Virus record (IMG/VR): IMGVR_UViG_3300025425_000002
Length of the DNA: 64,000 nt
DNA from: a virus
Reading direction: 5' to 3' (one strand)
The stretch's first letter is position 1. Each line of letters begins with the position of its first letter. A program made the translations under genes and the position numbers. Under the pieces are notes generated by a model. That model saw nothing but the letters and a program-made list of their open reading frames with translations. It searched no databases and had not been told where the DNA came from. This document shows, one piece after another, positions 9,913-20,603 of this stretch.

Positions 9913-10646
9913 CAGCATCGGCAATAGCAGCAGGAGCAGCAGCTATTCCAAGTATATTTGCAGGTATAAAAAGCATCGGCCAAAGGCGACAAGCCAAGCG
10001 CATCCGTGCAAACTCGGTAGACCCTGGGTACGAGGTAAATCAAGGCGTGATGCAAAACAAAGAAACTTTGGAGAACCGCTATAACAACTACACGCTTCCC
10101 GGTATGTCGCAGCAGATGAACCGCATCGGTACCAATGCAGCTACCGCTTTCGGGCAAGGTGCACGGGGGGCAAGCTCCGGTGGTGATGTACTAGACTTAG
10201 CCACTAAAATCGCTTACGGCACAGGGCAGCAGCAAAACGACTTGATGCTTCAAGAGGCGCAGGGCAAAGAAGCCGCATTGGGGGGATACTTGGGGGCAAA
10301 TGCCGCTGCAGGAGAAGAACGTCAGAACGTGAACGCTTATGAGCGTCAGCGATACGAAGCTCAGTTAGCCGAAGCCGCTGCGCTTTACGGGGCGAGCGAC
10401 CAGAATTTGAACAGTGCAGTTACCGGTGCAGCTTCTATTGGTTCAGCGCTTCTTATGAATCCCGAAACTAAAAACCAATATACAAGGAACGCCCAGATAA
10501 CTCAACGTGCAGGGTATGCAGGCGTCAACACCAATCAAAACCCTTATCCCAACCCAGTTACACCGAACACACCGCTCCCTGCTCGTAACATTTCGCAGAG
10601 AGCGAGGCTATTAGGGGTGACTAATACTTCCTATAATGGCCGCTAG
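9900..10646 (+). CDS. putative internal virion/ejection protein (Ala/Gly/Gln-rich, N-terminal hydrophobic segment)
   Basis: MAFVAASAIAAGAAAIPSIFAGI hydrophobic start followed by low-complexity Q/A/G/N sequence. Overlaps its neighbours by 13 and 11 nt. Confidence 0.55.
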   Translation: MAFVAASAIAAGAAAIPSIFAGIKSIGQRRQAKRIRANSVDPGYEVNQGVMQNKETLENRYNNYTLPGMSQQMNRIGTNAATAFGQGARGASSGGDVLDLATKIAYGTGQQQNDLMLQEAQGKEAALGGYLGANAAAGEERQNVNAYERQRYEAQLAEAAALYGASDQNLNSAVTGAASIGSALLMNPETKNQYTRNAQITQRAGYAGVNTNQNPYPNPVTPNTPLPARNISQRARLLGVTNTSYNGR

Positions 10647-12246
10647 TTACGTAAATACAGTCCCTGGAGGACAGATTGGTACTGGCAACGCACAAGTGTT
10701 TGGGGCTAACCCTTTGGCTACGCAGTTCGCTAATCAATTAGGAGACTTGCGTAAACGCCAAGAGTTCGAGGCGCAGAAAACAGCAAAAGCATGGAAAGAT
10801 AATCAGCTCGCAGCGTCCAAAGGACGGCTGTGGGCATCTGACATGGCAGGGCTTGAGAAAGACTTCATCGACCGAGGTATCAAGTTGAAGCAAGGCGGTA
10901 TCGACCCTTACGGCACCTCGCAAGAGGCGCTCGATTACCAACGTGACCAACGATACGTAGAGGCGCAGCAAGGATTCCGAGAAGCTAAGGAAAGAGATTA
11001 CACAGCAGCACTTGCCAAGATAAGCGACAAGACTGACCCTAAGAGCATCAAAGCTCTGAACGATTATTTCTTGAATACTAAGTTAGTCGATGCTTTTGCG
11101 GGTAATCAAGCGATTCCACAGTTGAAGGATAGGTTTGACGCTGCAGGAGCCATCAAAGGCTTACGTGCACCAACTATGGAGTCTAAGCGTACCGCTGAGG
11201 GCATAACCAAAGAAATTACAGAAGTGAATACGCCCGAAGCGGAAAACATGGTGCTTGGCGCATTGCGTAACACCATAGGAGGTATGGACTACATTAATAG
11301 CGAACTGACTTCTGGTTTTACTGTGCCTGATGTTAAAGGATTTGATAAAACTTATCAAGGAAACGCAGATTCGCTCAAAGCTGAAATAGCAGGTAACCCT
11401 CCTCTACAAAAGCAATTAGCCGAACAAGGCATTGCCCCCGATTCGCAACTTATGCAAGAGTACATAAGCGACCAGGCGTATAAGCGTACTGAAGCTAAAA
11501 AGAAATTCGATTCGGAGTTACAAGCCTTAGTGGCTATGACCGCTACGGGGGTTAAGACTGAGAATTTAGAAACTCCTTATCGTGACCCTAACGAGATGAC
11601 TGCTGCTCAAAAAGATGCTTCGACAAGAGGATGGGCTAACCTAAACAGATTAAAGGCTAAAGATGCGGCAGACGCATCGGGTGAGCAGCAAGATCCCCCT
11701 AGCGATTTGACTTTTTCTTACGGGGTTACAGATCCGAAAACAGGTGTACGCCCTTCTTTTACGGGACTAGGTACGGTTAAGCTTAACTCGACAAAGATGA
11801 ATATGCATGGCGAGAAAGTGATAGATACCACCACAGGCAGACCTACAAAGACTGCCAACGCATCTAGCGAATTTGATTTGGTAGAATTAACGCACGCACC
11901 CATCCTTCTTAAAAGTACTACCATAACTAAGCCTGATGGTACTAAAGAGATATTAGAAGCTGGGTCAGTGGTTCAGGATAGTTATGCCGAGGCTAACCCT
12001 AAATCGGTAGAATATAAGAAAGTAGGGGTGGTGCAAAAGGATAGGGGTAAGTCCGACCCGCTAACCTATTACATCGACGCAGATTTGATACCTACCAACA
12101 CTATGTCTAAAATATCGAGGGGTTTGTATGATAAGTTTATATCAGATAAATCTTATGAGCGAGGGGTTGGAACAACTAGACCTGCTTCAAGTGGTAAAAT
12201 GTCAAATGCGGATTTTGCCAAGTATCTAAAATCCAGAAATTTATAA
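10636..12246 (+). CDS. putative internal virion/ejection protein (536 aa)
   Basis: Long charged helical ORF between the small internal protein and the giant protein. The function is inferred from position only. Confidence 0.5.
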   Translation: MAASYVNTVPGGQIGTGNAQVFGANPLATQFANQLGDLRKRQEFEAQKTAKAWKDNQLAASKGRLWASDMAGLEKDFIDRGIKLKQGGIDPYGTSQEALDYQRDQRYVEAQQGFREAKERDYTAALAKISDKTDPKSIKALNDYFLNTKLVDAFAGNQAIPQLKDRFDAAGAIKGLRAPTMESKRTAEGITKEITEVNTPEAENMVLGALRNTIGGMDYINSELTSGFTVPDVKGFDKTYQGNADSLKAEIAGNPPLQKQLAEQGIAPDSQLMQEYISDQAYKRTEAKKKFDSELQALVAMTATGVKTENLETPYRDPNEMTAAQKDASTRGWANLNRLKAKDAADASGEQQDPPSDLTFSYGVTDPKTGVRPSFTGLGTVKLNSTKMNMHGEKVIDTTTGRPTKTANASSEFDLVELTHAPILLKSTTITKPDGTKEILEAGSVVQDSYAEANPKSVEYKKVGVVQKDRGKSDPLTYYIDADLIPTNTMSKISRGLYDKFISDKSYERGVGTTRPASSGKMSNADFAKYLKSRNL

Positions 12247-12249
12247 GAA

Positions 12250-15200
12250 ATGCCAGACTTAAAAGAGCTATTAACAGAAGCGCATAAAATGGGAGCAAGT
12301 CAAGCACAACTTGACACTATTGTAGAACGGTACAATCAAAAAAAAAGCGACGTTGGCAACGATTCACCCGATGCACCGAGTACCTTAAACTCATTTGGGG
12401 GTGGTTCAAATCCTTTCCAAAGTTCCCAAGTAGATACTGAAATACCAACGGTATTAAGTGAAAAGGCAAAGCTAGACAATATTCGTTCCAAGAATATTGC
12501 AGGTAAGTTCAAAGTAGATACACAACTACCCGAAAGCCAATTAGGTTATCCAATAGGTAAAATAGGTAAAACTACTATTGATGTACCCTTAGAGAATAAA
12601 GTATTCAGAGAATTTGCTGCACCTACCATCCAAAGAGAATTTGGGGTTGCCGATATAGACGTAACACAGAACAAGGTAGGTGAAAGCCTTACACGAAAGG
12701 GCGGTTTCCAAGACGACATACAGGCGACTGAATATGTGCCACAAGAACCAACACAAGAGGATGTAGGCTATTTAGAAAGCCTAAAAAACTCAATAACCAA
12801 TGTTGGTGTTGGACTTCAACAGTTTATCCCTAATACACAAATTGCACTTGAAGGCACTCTTAAAACTTTATTAGGTAAAGATTTAGGTACTGACGCATAT
12901 TGGCAACTAACAAAAGGCGATCCTGAATTACACAGAGCAGAATCCTATCAAAAATTAGCCGAATTAGAACCACAATTTAAGCAAACAAGGGGGTTAGTCG
13001 AAAGTGGTCAAAACTTTGATGTGTTTGGTCTTGCAGTAGCAACAGTAGACGCGGGGCTTTCTTTGGTTAGAACAATGGTTACATCAGTACCAACGGCAGG
13101 GTTAGGTTTATATTCTGATATGGTTGGTGGCAGTGTTGCTTCGTACAATCAAGAGAAAGCAAAGCAAATGGGCCTTAGTGTTAGGGAATTGTATGATAGA
13201 GGGGAGAATGACTTTGTTGTCCCTGCTACAATAGGTACAATTGCTGCACAAATGGAGAAAATAGGATTGAAAGGTGTTAGTAATGCAATTAATAAAAAAC
13301 TTGTTGGTAGTTGGCTTAAAAAAACCGCTGTATTTGGTGTAGAGGTAAATAAAGAAGGCTTAACCGAATTGGTTCAGACAGGATTAGATGAAGCAAATAA
13401 GTCATTAGCACAGGGTAAAGGTGCAGTACAATCAAGCAAGGATGCTGCCTCAGCTATGTTATCTAAGAAAGGTCTTGAAAGCTATTTAATGGGGGTTGTA
13501 GGGTCAGCAGGTGCAGCAGGTGCAGCAGGAGTGGGTAGGATAGCCAAGTCTATGATAAGCCCTAAAGCTAAAGAAAAAGTTCAAGCGCAGACAGAAACTA
13601 TTGAACGCTTAAAGACAGAGTTAGAAAACCCTAATTTATCCCCTACTGCACAAGAGTTTGTTGCAGCTCAAATCCAAACATCGGTTGCTGATGTAGCCAC
13701 AGAAGTTGAAACAGATGCAACACTTTACGAAAATCTAAGTACCGAGCAGAAGAAAGAAGCAGACAGGCTGAATGGCGAAATTGAAAAATCAGAAACCGTT
13801 ATTAACGATCCTGCGCTCTCGGAAGAAACCAAAGCCGCTGCGGTAGTTGAGAACGAACGACTGAATACCGAATTAGAAGCTAAACTAAATGAGAAGTCTG
13901 CTGAAGTAAAAACTCCAAAAGTAGATACCCCCGCCAAGACGGTAGACGTAGCTAAGGTAGCACCCATGTCTTATACCGAAGACTCGGCAGAACAAATAAC
14001 AAATATAGTTAATAGCATACCAGATATTAAAACTACGGAGGGTTTACTTAATAGCACAAAAGGAACTCATTACGAGGCGTTAGCTAAAGCATTAGGCGGT
14101 TACCTACAAAATATAAAAACATCTATTGTACCCAAACTTATAGATAAATTTGGTATTAGAGAACATGGCGGGCTGTTTGAAGACGGTGTAATAAAGCTAA
14201 AAAAAGGCGAAGGCATAACAACTTTTTTACATGAAGCATTGCACGCTGTCACATCAGCTAAATTATTAGCCTGGACACGTTTTAATCAATTAAATAGATA
14301 TAATTTAGAGGGTGGGAAACCACAACAATCATTTAAAGAATTAGGATTGCATGATTTATCTAAAAAAGACATTGAGGCAATAAAAAACTTAGAAAGAATC
14401 TATGAAGAAAGTAAATTAAAAGCACATGAATTTTTAGGTGGTGGTAAAGCCGATAGAACTAAAGGGTTTTATGGTTTTACTAATATAGATGAATTTATTT
14501 CAGAGGCTTTTACTAGCAAAGAATTTCAAACTTTATTAAAAAATATAAAAGGAGAAGGTAAGACATCCAATTTATTTAAAGATTTTTTAGATAGTTTGGC
14601 TAAACTATTGGATATAAAAGACCCTACTATTTTAGATGATATATTTTACCATACTGAAGTCTTGATGGATGGTAAAAAACAAACGCAAGTTAAAGACTCA
14701 GCAGAACAAATCACCAAAGAAGCTAAGCAAGCCGAAGCGGAGATGGCTAAGAACAATGACCCTGCTGAATTTGAGATTAAGATGGAGGCTTTGGATAAGC
14801 GGGCTCAGGCGTTGCCTAAAACAGGGGAAGTTATTTCTGAAATTAAAAATACAATTGAAGATGAACAAGCAATTACTATTTCGCCTAATGCGAAAGAATT
14901 ACAATCCAAGGCTAACAACAATGAAGAATCGGTGGTACGTAACGAAGCTGGTACGACTAGCAATGCTACTGAAACCGTTACACGAGAAGTAAAACCAACT
15001 GCTGAGGTAGCAAAGCCAGAACGCACAGGCGATGCTACCGAGAACGAGATTAAGATGGAGGCTTTGGATAAGCGGGCTCAGGCGTTGCCTAAAACAGAAG
15101 CCGAGGTAGGAGCATTAAAAGATGTAGAGAGTACCGCTAAAGCATTGGATAGTGTTGAATTAGGTGATAAGTTTAAATCACAAGATACTGAAAGTGTATT

Positions 15201-18200
15201 AGATAGAAATAATTTTTATAGAAAAGCACAAGAAATGTTTGTAGAATCAAAAGGTTTAACAAATGACGAAGTGTTTAATAAAAATAAACAAAAAGGCGAG
15301 CTCACCACAGAAAAAGGCAGAATAGCATTTCAGAAAGAATTTGAAAAGTGGACAGAAACAAATAAAAAACAAATTATTTCAGAAGCCTATCACTCCGACA
15401 AAGCATCGGGTAAAGAAACAGAACTAACCAAAGCAGTAGAATCCCTACTAAAAGAACAACCCACAGAACCCATACAATCTAAAGCAGAACAAACCACTCC
15501 TGCTGCTACTGCTGCTGCCCCTGCCACGACTGCAACAACTGACCCTTTATTAAAAGCAGAAGATGACCTAAAATCTTTAAGTAAGTCAAGCGATAAGCAA
15601 ACCAAATATGCAGCAAGCGTTAAGCGGTTAATCGAGGCTAAGAAAGATAGGCAGATCACAGAGAAAGAGTTCAATGATATGTTTAAGCGTTTTGGTGACG
15701 TGCTTGCTGCGGATAAGAAAGCAGGAGATATATTACGCAAGTTAGCTGATAAAATAGACCAAGGCAGGATTAACAAGCTAGGCGGTATGCGTGGCGGTAC
15801 AGGTTACGACCTAATGTGGGATGGCTCACTTACCATTGCCTCCGCATCGTTGCGTGCAACCGCTGATATAGTGGATGTGTCTGTGCGCATAGCTATCGCA
15901 ATAGAAGCAGGTCTTGCCCACGCCAGAAAATCTGATTGGTACAAGAGTTTAAACAATAAGCCTAAGTTCGAGGCCGCCTATACCGCCCATCTTGAGAAAG
16001 AGTTTGGTAAGCAATTAGCGGATGACGTGGTAACTCCTGAAAAAGAAACCCCAACGCAGGAAGCACCAACGCAAGAAGACCGCAAAGAGTTGAAACGTGC
16101 GGCAACCCAGCGCGCATTAGATTCAGACCAATACGGGCAAGGCTTCAAAGATGCGCTATCTTACAAAGCAATTCATTATACCGAGTTACCTAACCAAGTA
16201 ACTGAGCAGGAAGCTGAGGCGCTTATAGAGATACAAGGCGAAGTGGGTATAGAACGAGATTTGTATGATTTCAATAACGGAATGCCTAGTGCGGTCAGGT
16301 TCTCTGTGCTTCAGAAATTAATCGACATCTACGAGGCCAAAGGGGATAATTTGAAGGCGGGCGAACTTGCCGAGGAGTTATACTCCAAGGCTACCGATTA
16401 TGGGCAGGGTATTCAGATTTTCTCGACCTTTCCAAAACTTTCCAAAGCCACTAACGTCGCTATAGCCAGAAAGACTGTAAAGACCAACAGAGATGTCGTA
16501 GCTAAACGTGCTAAGCCCACTACCGACAAGCTGACCAAAGAGTTCAAGAAAGCGAATAAAGAAGCCGCAGAGGAAACGGTAGAGGCTGTAAAGAAGTCCA
16601 TAGGCAAAGCTACCCTTCAGAAAGGAGCTTCGCTGACAGACCTCCCTCTAGGGTACGGTATGAAAAATAAGGTGTTCACTCGGGCTAAGTATTTGAAGGC
16701 TAAACAAAATCTACGAGGGGCTACTTTCTCTTTTGCAGGGGGTATCCCTATTGAGGATTTAGTGAACATTGCAGGGTACCACATCGAAGCTACCGGAAAA
16801 GACTTTACTAAGTTCACAAGGCGGATGAAAGCTGACTTGGGGGCAAAGATTAAACCTTATTTAAAGGATATCTATGCGAAGTCCAGAGAATCGCTCATCG
16901 AAGGTGGGTACGATCCTGCGTTGTTCTTAACCGATGAGCAAGTGGCCGAGCAGATAAATGCCGAAGATGGGCAAGTGTATAAAGAGAAGTTAGACAAAGC
17001 TATCAAGCGCAAATCTGCCAAAGAGCAGAAGCAAGCCATCGCCAAACTGCAACAGATAAGCAAAGAGGAAGGACTATGGGGGCAGTACAGCAATAGTGCT
17101 GCCAGCAGGCTGAAGAGTATGGTTAAACCTAATATCCAAGCCGATATAGCAGGGCAACCCTCTTTGCAGCAATTCACAGACGGACTTGTCCGCAACATGA
17201 AGCAGAAGATGGCTGAGTCCATGCCTGAGCAGACTAAGAAAAGGGCTGCTCCTCGCTCAGCTATCGACATCATAGGCGATGCGTACAGTAATTTTGAGAA
17301 GTACAAAGACGTATGGGTCAAAACCCAAAAAGAGTTTCAAGAGGAGTTCGCCGACCAACCTGAGATACTAGAGGCTATAGACGCTTATTTCGGAGAGATT
17401 CTGGAAACTCCTTTCTCAGATCGAGTGTTAGAGTCTGCGGTGCGTAAAGGTTTGAAAGATATGGATAAGACCATAACCGACCTTGTTGTGCAACACTACA
17501 CCCTCGTTGACCATGCTAGAGAGTCTTTATCCGATAAGCTAGTTAACGAAGCTGGGCTATCAGGCGCCGAGGCTAAGCAGCTCGCCTATGAAATAGAGCG
17601 TAAGTTTGACGAGATAGCTACTAAAAAGAAGCAACAGATATTGGAGCGCATGTTTTCAGCCAAGACCAAAAGGACACCGCAAGGGAAAGCCTTGGAAGAT
17701 GGTATTGTGAAAATGACCAACTTGGGTGGGTTCTCCAACGCTGACATCGTGGAGATGTATGCTGAGAAAATGGGGTGGCCTAAACTCACCCAAGAAAACA
17801 TAGCAGAAATTGAATTGTTATCCGACATCATCCAAAATACTAAAGACCCTATTAACCGCAGACGTGCTACAGAAGATTTGCTCGCCTACCAAGCTAATCT
17901 AAAGGGTATATCCGCTTTAGATATGGCCACCGCTATATGGTACGCTAACGTACTATCGGGGTATAACACTCAGATAATAAACATAGGAGCTAACGCTATA
18001 AACACGTCACTTCTATATGCTAATGCCGTTGCGCAGAATCCTACTAATGCCGCTTTCATCGGCAGAGGATTGATGCAGGGGTTGAAACGAGGATGGCTAG
18101 AGAGCAAAGATACTTTGCGAACCGGATATAGCCCTATAAAGGGTAAACCTGAGATACCGTCTCTCCTTGAGCGTATGGATTTCAAAGGAGGGCAGTGGAA

Positions 18201-20094
18201 CCCCGCGAACTACTTAAAGCATGTTAGGCGTGTTATGGTAGCGGCAGACGTTTTGTTTTTTGAAGGGCAGAAAGAAATGAGGGCTTACCAAATGGCTATG
18301 AAACAGGCTATGCGGGAAGGGAAAGACGTACCAACCTTAGACCAACAGAACAGGGCTATCGAGTTAGTGGGTAGAAGTGCGGGTCAGCTTCAAGCTATCC
18401 AAGATAAATACCAAGCTGAATATGCTGAGGATTTAGAGCGTATAGAGGGGCAGGATGAATTAACTCCTGCGGAGAAGAAAGAGCTGTTAGGCATTTTAAA
18501 GGCGGATACACAGCGTAAGATATTCGATGCAGTAGAAAGGCAACGTAGCGCAGAGATGGTGGAAGACGCAGTGAAGTATGCCTCAGAAGGTACTTACAAC
18601 TACCAACCTAAAGGCACACTAGGGGCAGTGGCCAATTTCATAAATCAGTTGGTACAAGACGTGCCAATTCTGAGATACGCAGTGCCTTTTACGAACATAA
18701 TTGCCAATGTGGCTAATGAGACTATAAATTACACCCCTTTGGCTTTTACAAGGTTGAACAGAGGTGGGTGGAGTAAATTTCGCAGAGACACGCTGTCTCA
18801 GCAGGACCGAGCCGATTTAATGACCAAGGCGATTATAGGCACTACTTTGATGGTGACACTCATGGCTCTTTCCCAATCGGGCGAGGATGACGAACCTATA
18901 ATCGAAATAACAGCTAACGGAACGGGGGATTACGCTAAAAACGAAACTTTGAAGTTAGGAGGCTGGCACCCTTATTCTTTTAGGATCAAACTGCCTTCGG
19001 GTAATTACTCGCCTTGGTATTCCTACCAATACTCCCCGTTAATGGCATCGCTGGGGTTCGTAGGCCACTTTAACGACTTGCAGAAATATAAAGGTGGGGA
19101 TAGCGAGTTGGGGGTTGTGGCTAGACTCAGTGCCGCTGCCGGACTGACTGCGACTTCTATTTTCCAAGCCACGTTTCTAACAGGTGTGGGTGATATGTTA
19201 GCGGCTTTGCTCGACCCTAGGAGCAGCGAAGGTCTAATTGATAAAATGGCGAGAGGGGCGGTCAATGCAGCTAGGGGTGTCGCTATACCTAATTTACTTA
19301 CTCAAACATCTCAAGACTTGGAGCGCATATTTGACGTGCCTAAGAAAGAGACGCGACCCGTTAAAGATGGCACGGTAAGCGATTACGCCAAGAGTTTGAT
19401 AGCTAGAACGGTACAAGACGCTCCCTATGCTCGGAATATGTACTATGATAAAATTAACATCTTAGGAGATCCTATTCTGTACGATACAGATAAATTTGAA
19501 TCAGCGAATATACCTAATAGAATAATCGAACTGTTAGTCGATAAGAAAGCAGTGTTTGCCCCTATGAGCCGGAACGAGCAGAAGATTTACGACGTAGATA
19601 AAGAAGTGGAACGTGCGCTCAACGATCAAGAGTTCTACGAATACGCCAAGGTAAAAGGTGCTTTCATAAAGAACGCCCTTACGGAAGGATACAAAGATGG
19701 GGGTAAGACCTACCTGTACGAAGACTTCACTAAAATGAGTGAGGACAAGTTCAAGAGTGTACTATCTAAAATAAAAAGGAATGCAACGCTAGAAGCCAAA
19801 GCCAGTACAGGTGGTGTGCCGAGCGAAGTAATGACTATCCAAGAAGATATAGATAATGAATGGCAGTTATCGCCCAAACAAATAAAAGAGCGTATACGTT
19901 TAAACAAAGAATACGTAGAGAATAATGAGTCTATTCTAATAACCGATACTGAAGCCTATATTAGAGAGGAGGGGCTTACACCTGCACAGGCTAGAGCCAA
20001 GGCACTCAAAGATTTATGGCGCGAGGCGAATAGCAAATCTAAGGACATTCTACTAGCAGACCCTACTTTTAAAGAAAACGCAACTATTAAATAA
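12250..20094 (+). CDS. giant virion protein (2614 aa) with a zincin-type HExxH motif, coiled-coil/low-complexity middle and C-terminal hydrophobic segments
   Basis: Single 7.8-kb ORF. Contains GITTFLHEALHAVTS (HExxH), long K/E/A-rich stretches, a perfect internal 52-nt repeat, and AIIGTTLMVTLMALS plus further hydrophobic stretches near the C-terminus. Confidence 0.75.
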   Translation: MPDLKELLTEAHKMGASQAQLDTIVERYNQKKSDVGNDSPDAPSTLNSFGGGSNPFQSSQVDTEIPTVLSEKAKLDNIRSKNIAGKFKVDTQLPESQLGYPIGKIGKTTIDVPLENKVFREFAAPTIQREFGVADIDVTQNKVGESLTRKGGFQDDIQATEYVPQEPTQEDVGYLESLKNSITNVGVGLQQFIPNTQIALEGTLKTLLGKDLGTDAYWQLTKGDPELHRAESYQKLAELEPQFKQTRGLVESGQNFDVFGLAVATVDAGLSLVRTMVTSVPTAGLGLYSDMVGGSVASYNQEKAKQMGLSVRELYDRGENDFVVPATIGTIAAQMEKIGLKGVSNAINKKLVGSWLKKTAVFGVEVNKEGLTELVQTGLDEANKSLAQGKGAVQSSKDAASAMLSKKGLESYLMGVVGSAGAAGAAGVGRIAKSMISPKAKEKVQAQTETIERLKTELENPNLSPTAQEFVAAQIQTSVADVATEVETDATLYENLSTEQKKEADRLNGEIEKSETVINDPALSEETKAAAVVENERLNTELEAKLNEKSAEVKTPKVDTPAKTVDVAKVAPMSYTEDSAEQITNIVNSIPDIKTTEGLLNSTKGTHYEALAKALGGYLQNIKTSIVPKLIDKFGIREHGGLFEDGVIKLKKGEGITTFLHEALHAVTSAKLLAWTRFNQLNRYNLEGGKPQQSFKELGLHDLSKKDIEAIKNLERIYEESKLKAHEFLGGGKADRTKGFYGFTNIDEFISEAFTSKEFQTLLKNIKGEGKTSNLFKDFLDSLAKLLDIKDPTILDDIFYHTEVLMDGKKQTQVKDSAEQITKEAKQAEAEMAKNNDPAEFEIKMEALDKRAQALPKTGEVISEIKNTIEDEQAITISPNAKELQSKANNNEESVVRNEAGTTSNATETVTREVKPTAEVAKPERTGDATENEIKMEALDKRAQALPKTEAEVGALKDVESTAKALDSVELGDKFKSQDTESVLDRNNFYRKAQEMFVESKGLTNDEVFNKNKQKGELTTEKGRIAFQKEFEKWTETNKKQIISEAYHSDKASGKETELTKAVESLLKEQPTEPIQSKAEQTTPAATAAAPATTATTDPLLKAEDDLKSLSKSSDKQTKYAASVKRLIEAKKDRQITEKEFNDMFKRFGDVLAADKKAGDILRKLADKIDQGRINKLGGMRGGTGYDLMWDGSLTIASASLRATADIVDVSVRIAIAIEAGLAHARKSDWYKSLNNKPKFEAAYTAHLEKEFGKQLADDVVTPEKETPTQEAPTQEDRKELKRAATQRALDSDQYGQGFKDALSYKAIHYTELPNQVTEQEAEALIEIQGEVGIERDLYDFNNGMPSAVRFSVLQKLIDIYEAKGDNLKAGELAEELYSKATDYGQGIQIFSTFPKLSKATNVAIARKTVKTNRDVVAKRAKPTTDKLTKEFKKANKEAAEETVEAVKKSIGKATLQKGASLTDLPLGYGMKNKVFTRAKYLKAKQNLRGATFSFAGGIPIEDLVNIAGYHIEATGKDFTKFTRRMKADLGAKIKPYLKDIYAKSRESLIEGGYDPALFLTDEQVAEQINAEDGQVYKEKLDKAIKRKSAKEQKQAIAKLQQISKEEGLWGQYSNSAASRLKSMVKPNIQADIAGQPSLQQFTDGLVRNMKQKMAESMPEQTKKRAAPRSAIDIIGDAYSNFEKYKDVWVKTQKEFQEEFADQPEILEAIDAYFGEILETPFSDRVLESAVRKGLKDMDKTITDLVVQHYTLVDHARESLSDKLVNEAGLSGAEAKQLAYEIERKFDEIATKKKQQILERMFSAKTKRTPQGKALEDGIVKMTNLGGFSNADIVEMYAEKMGWPKLTQENIAEIELLSDIIQNTKDPINRRRATEDLLAYQANLKGISALDMATAIWYANVLSGYNTQIINIGANAINTSLLYANAVAQNPTNAAFIGRGLMQGLKRGWLESKDTLRTGYSPIKGKPEIPSLLERMDFKGGQWNPANYLKHVRRVMVAADVLFFEGQKEMRAYQMAMKQAMREGKDVPTLDQQNRAIELVGRSAGQLQAIQDKYQAEYAEDLERIEGQDELTPAEKKELLGILKADTQRKIFDAVERQRSAEMVEDAVKYASEGTYNYQPKGTLGAVANFINQLVQDVPILRYAVPFTNIIANVANETINYTPLAFTRLNRGGWSKFRRDTLSQQDRADLMTKAIIGTTLMVTLMALSQSGEDDEPIIEITANGTGDYAKNETLKLGGWHPYSFRIKLPSGNYSPWYSYQYSPLMASLGFVGHFNDLQKYKGGDSELGVVARLSAAAGLTATSIFQATFLTGVGDMLAALLDPRSSEGLIDKMARGAVNAARGVAIPNLLTQTSQDLERIFDVPKKETRPVKDGTVSDYAKSLIARTVQDAPYARNMYYDKINILGDPILYDTDKFESANIPNRIIELLVDKKAVFAPMSRNEQKIYDVDKEVERALNDQEFYEYAKVKGAFIKNALTEGYKDGGKTYLYEDFTKMSEDKFKSVLSKIKRNATLEAKASTGGVPSEVMTIQEDIDNEWQLSPKQIKERIRLNKEYVENNESILITDTEAYIREEGLTPAQARAKALKDLWREANSKSKDILLADPTFKENATIK
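14773..15098. repeat. perfect 52-nt direct repeat inside the giant gene (copies about 14773-14824 and 15047-15098)
   Basis: GAGATTAAGATGGAGGCTTTGGATAAGCGGGCTCAGGCGTTGCCTAAAACAG occurs twice. Both copies encode EIKMEALDKRAQALPKT. Confidence 0.9.
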
Positions 20095-20117
20095 AATATT
20101 TATAACTTTATAAAATT

Positions 20118-20600
20118 ATGGCAGCATTTGAAGTAAGTACTGAAGCATCGCAATCCCCTGACGGACTAACAGTCACGTTCTTGGATACGAGCAATTACAC
20201 CACTAACGATGAAGGGTATGTGAAAGCAGATTTTACTACCAACACCATCGTTATTCTGGACGCTTATGGTGCAGTCCTGCAAACAAGTAACTTCTTAGCA
20301 TCTGACACCGTAACCTTTGAGCAGACCAAAGATCATTGGTTCACTACTGAGCGGACTTTAGCAGGAGTAGCCTCTTATGAGAAAACAGAGAAGTTTCCGC
20401 TGCGGCTCATCACTACAAACAAGTTACAGACCGTTCTAGGTACAGGATGTTGCCAAGGCGCACAGAATGCGAAGAACTTATGCGAAGCTAATGCGTACAT
20501 TAACGGGGCGACTTTCGCTGCTCCGTCTGGCAATAGCGTGGCATGGCAGAAGTTCATTGACGCTGCTAATGCTTACTTAAACATAATATTAGGGCGATAA
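20118..20600 (+). CDS. hypothetical virion protein (160 aa)
   Basis: ATG start, lying between the giant protein and the fibre genes. Confidence 0.6.
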   Translation: MAAFEVSTEASQSPDGLTVTFLDTSNYTTNDEGYVKADFTTNTIVILDAYGAVLQTSNFLASDTVTFEQTKDHWFTTERTLAGVASYEKTEKFPLRLITTNKLQTVLGTGCCQGAQNAKNLCEANAYINGATFAAPSGNSVAWQKFIDAANAYLNIILGR

Positions 20601-20603
20601 CTG

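Noticed and set aside
13725-19907. About a dozen 60-150-aa minus-strand ORFs (and 14669..14992 +) inside the giant gene
   Set aside because: All lie within the uninterrupted 7.8-kb ORF. They are low-complexity mirror translations with no start context.
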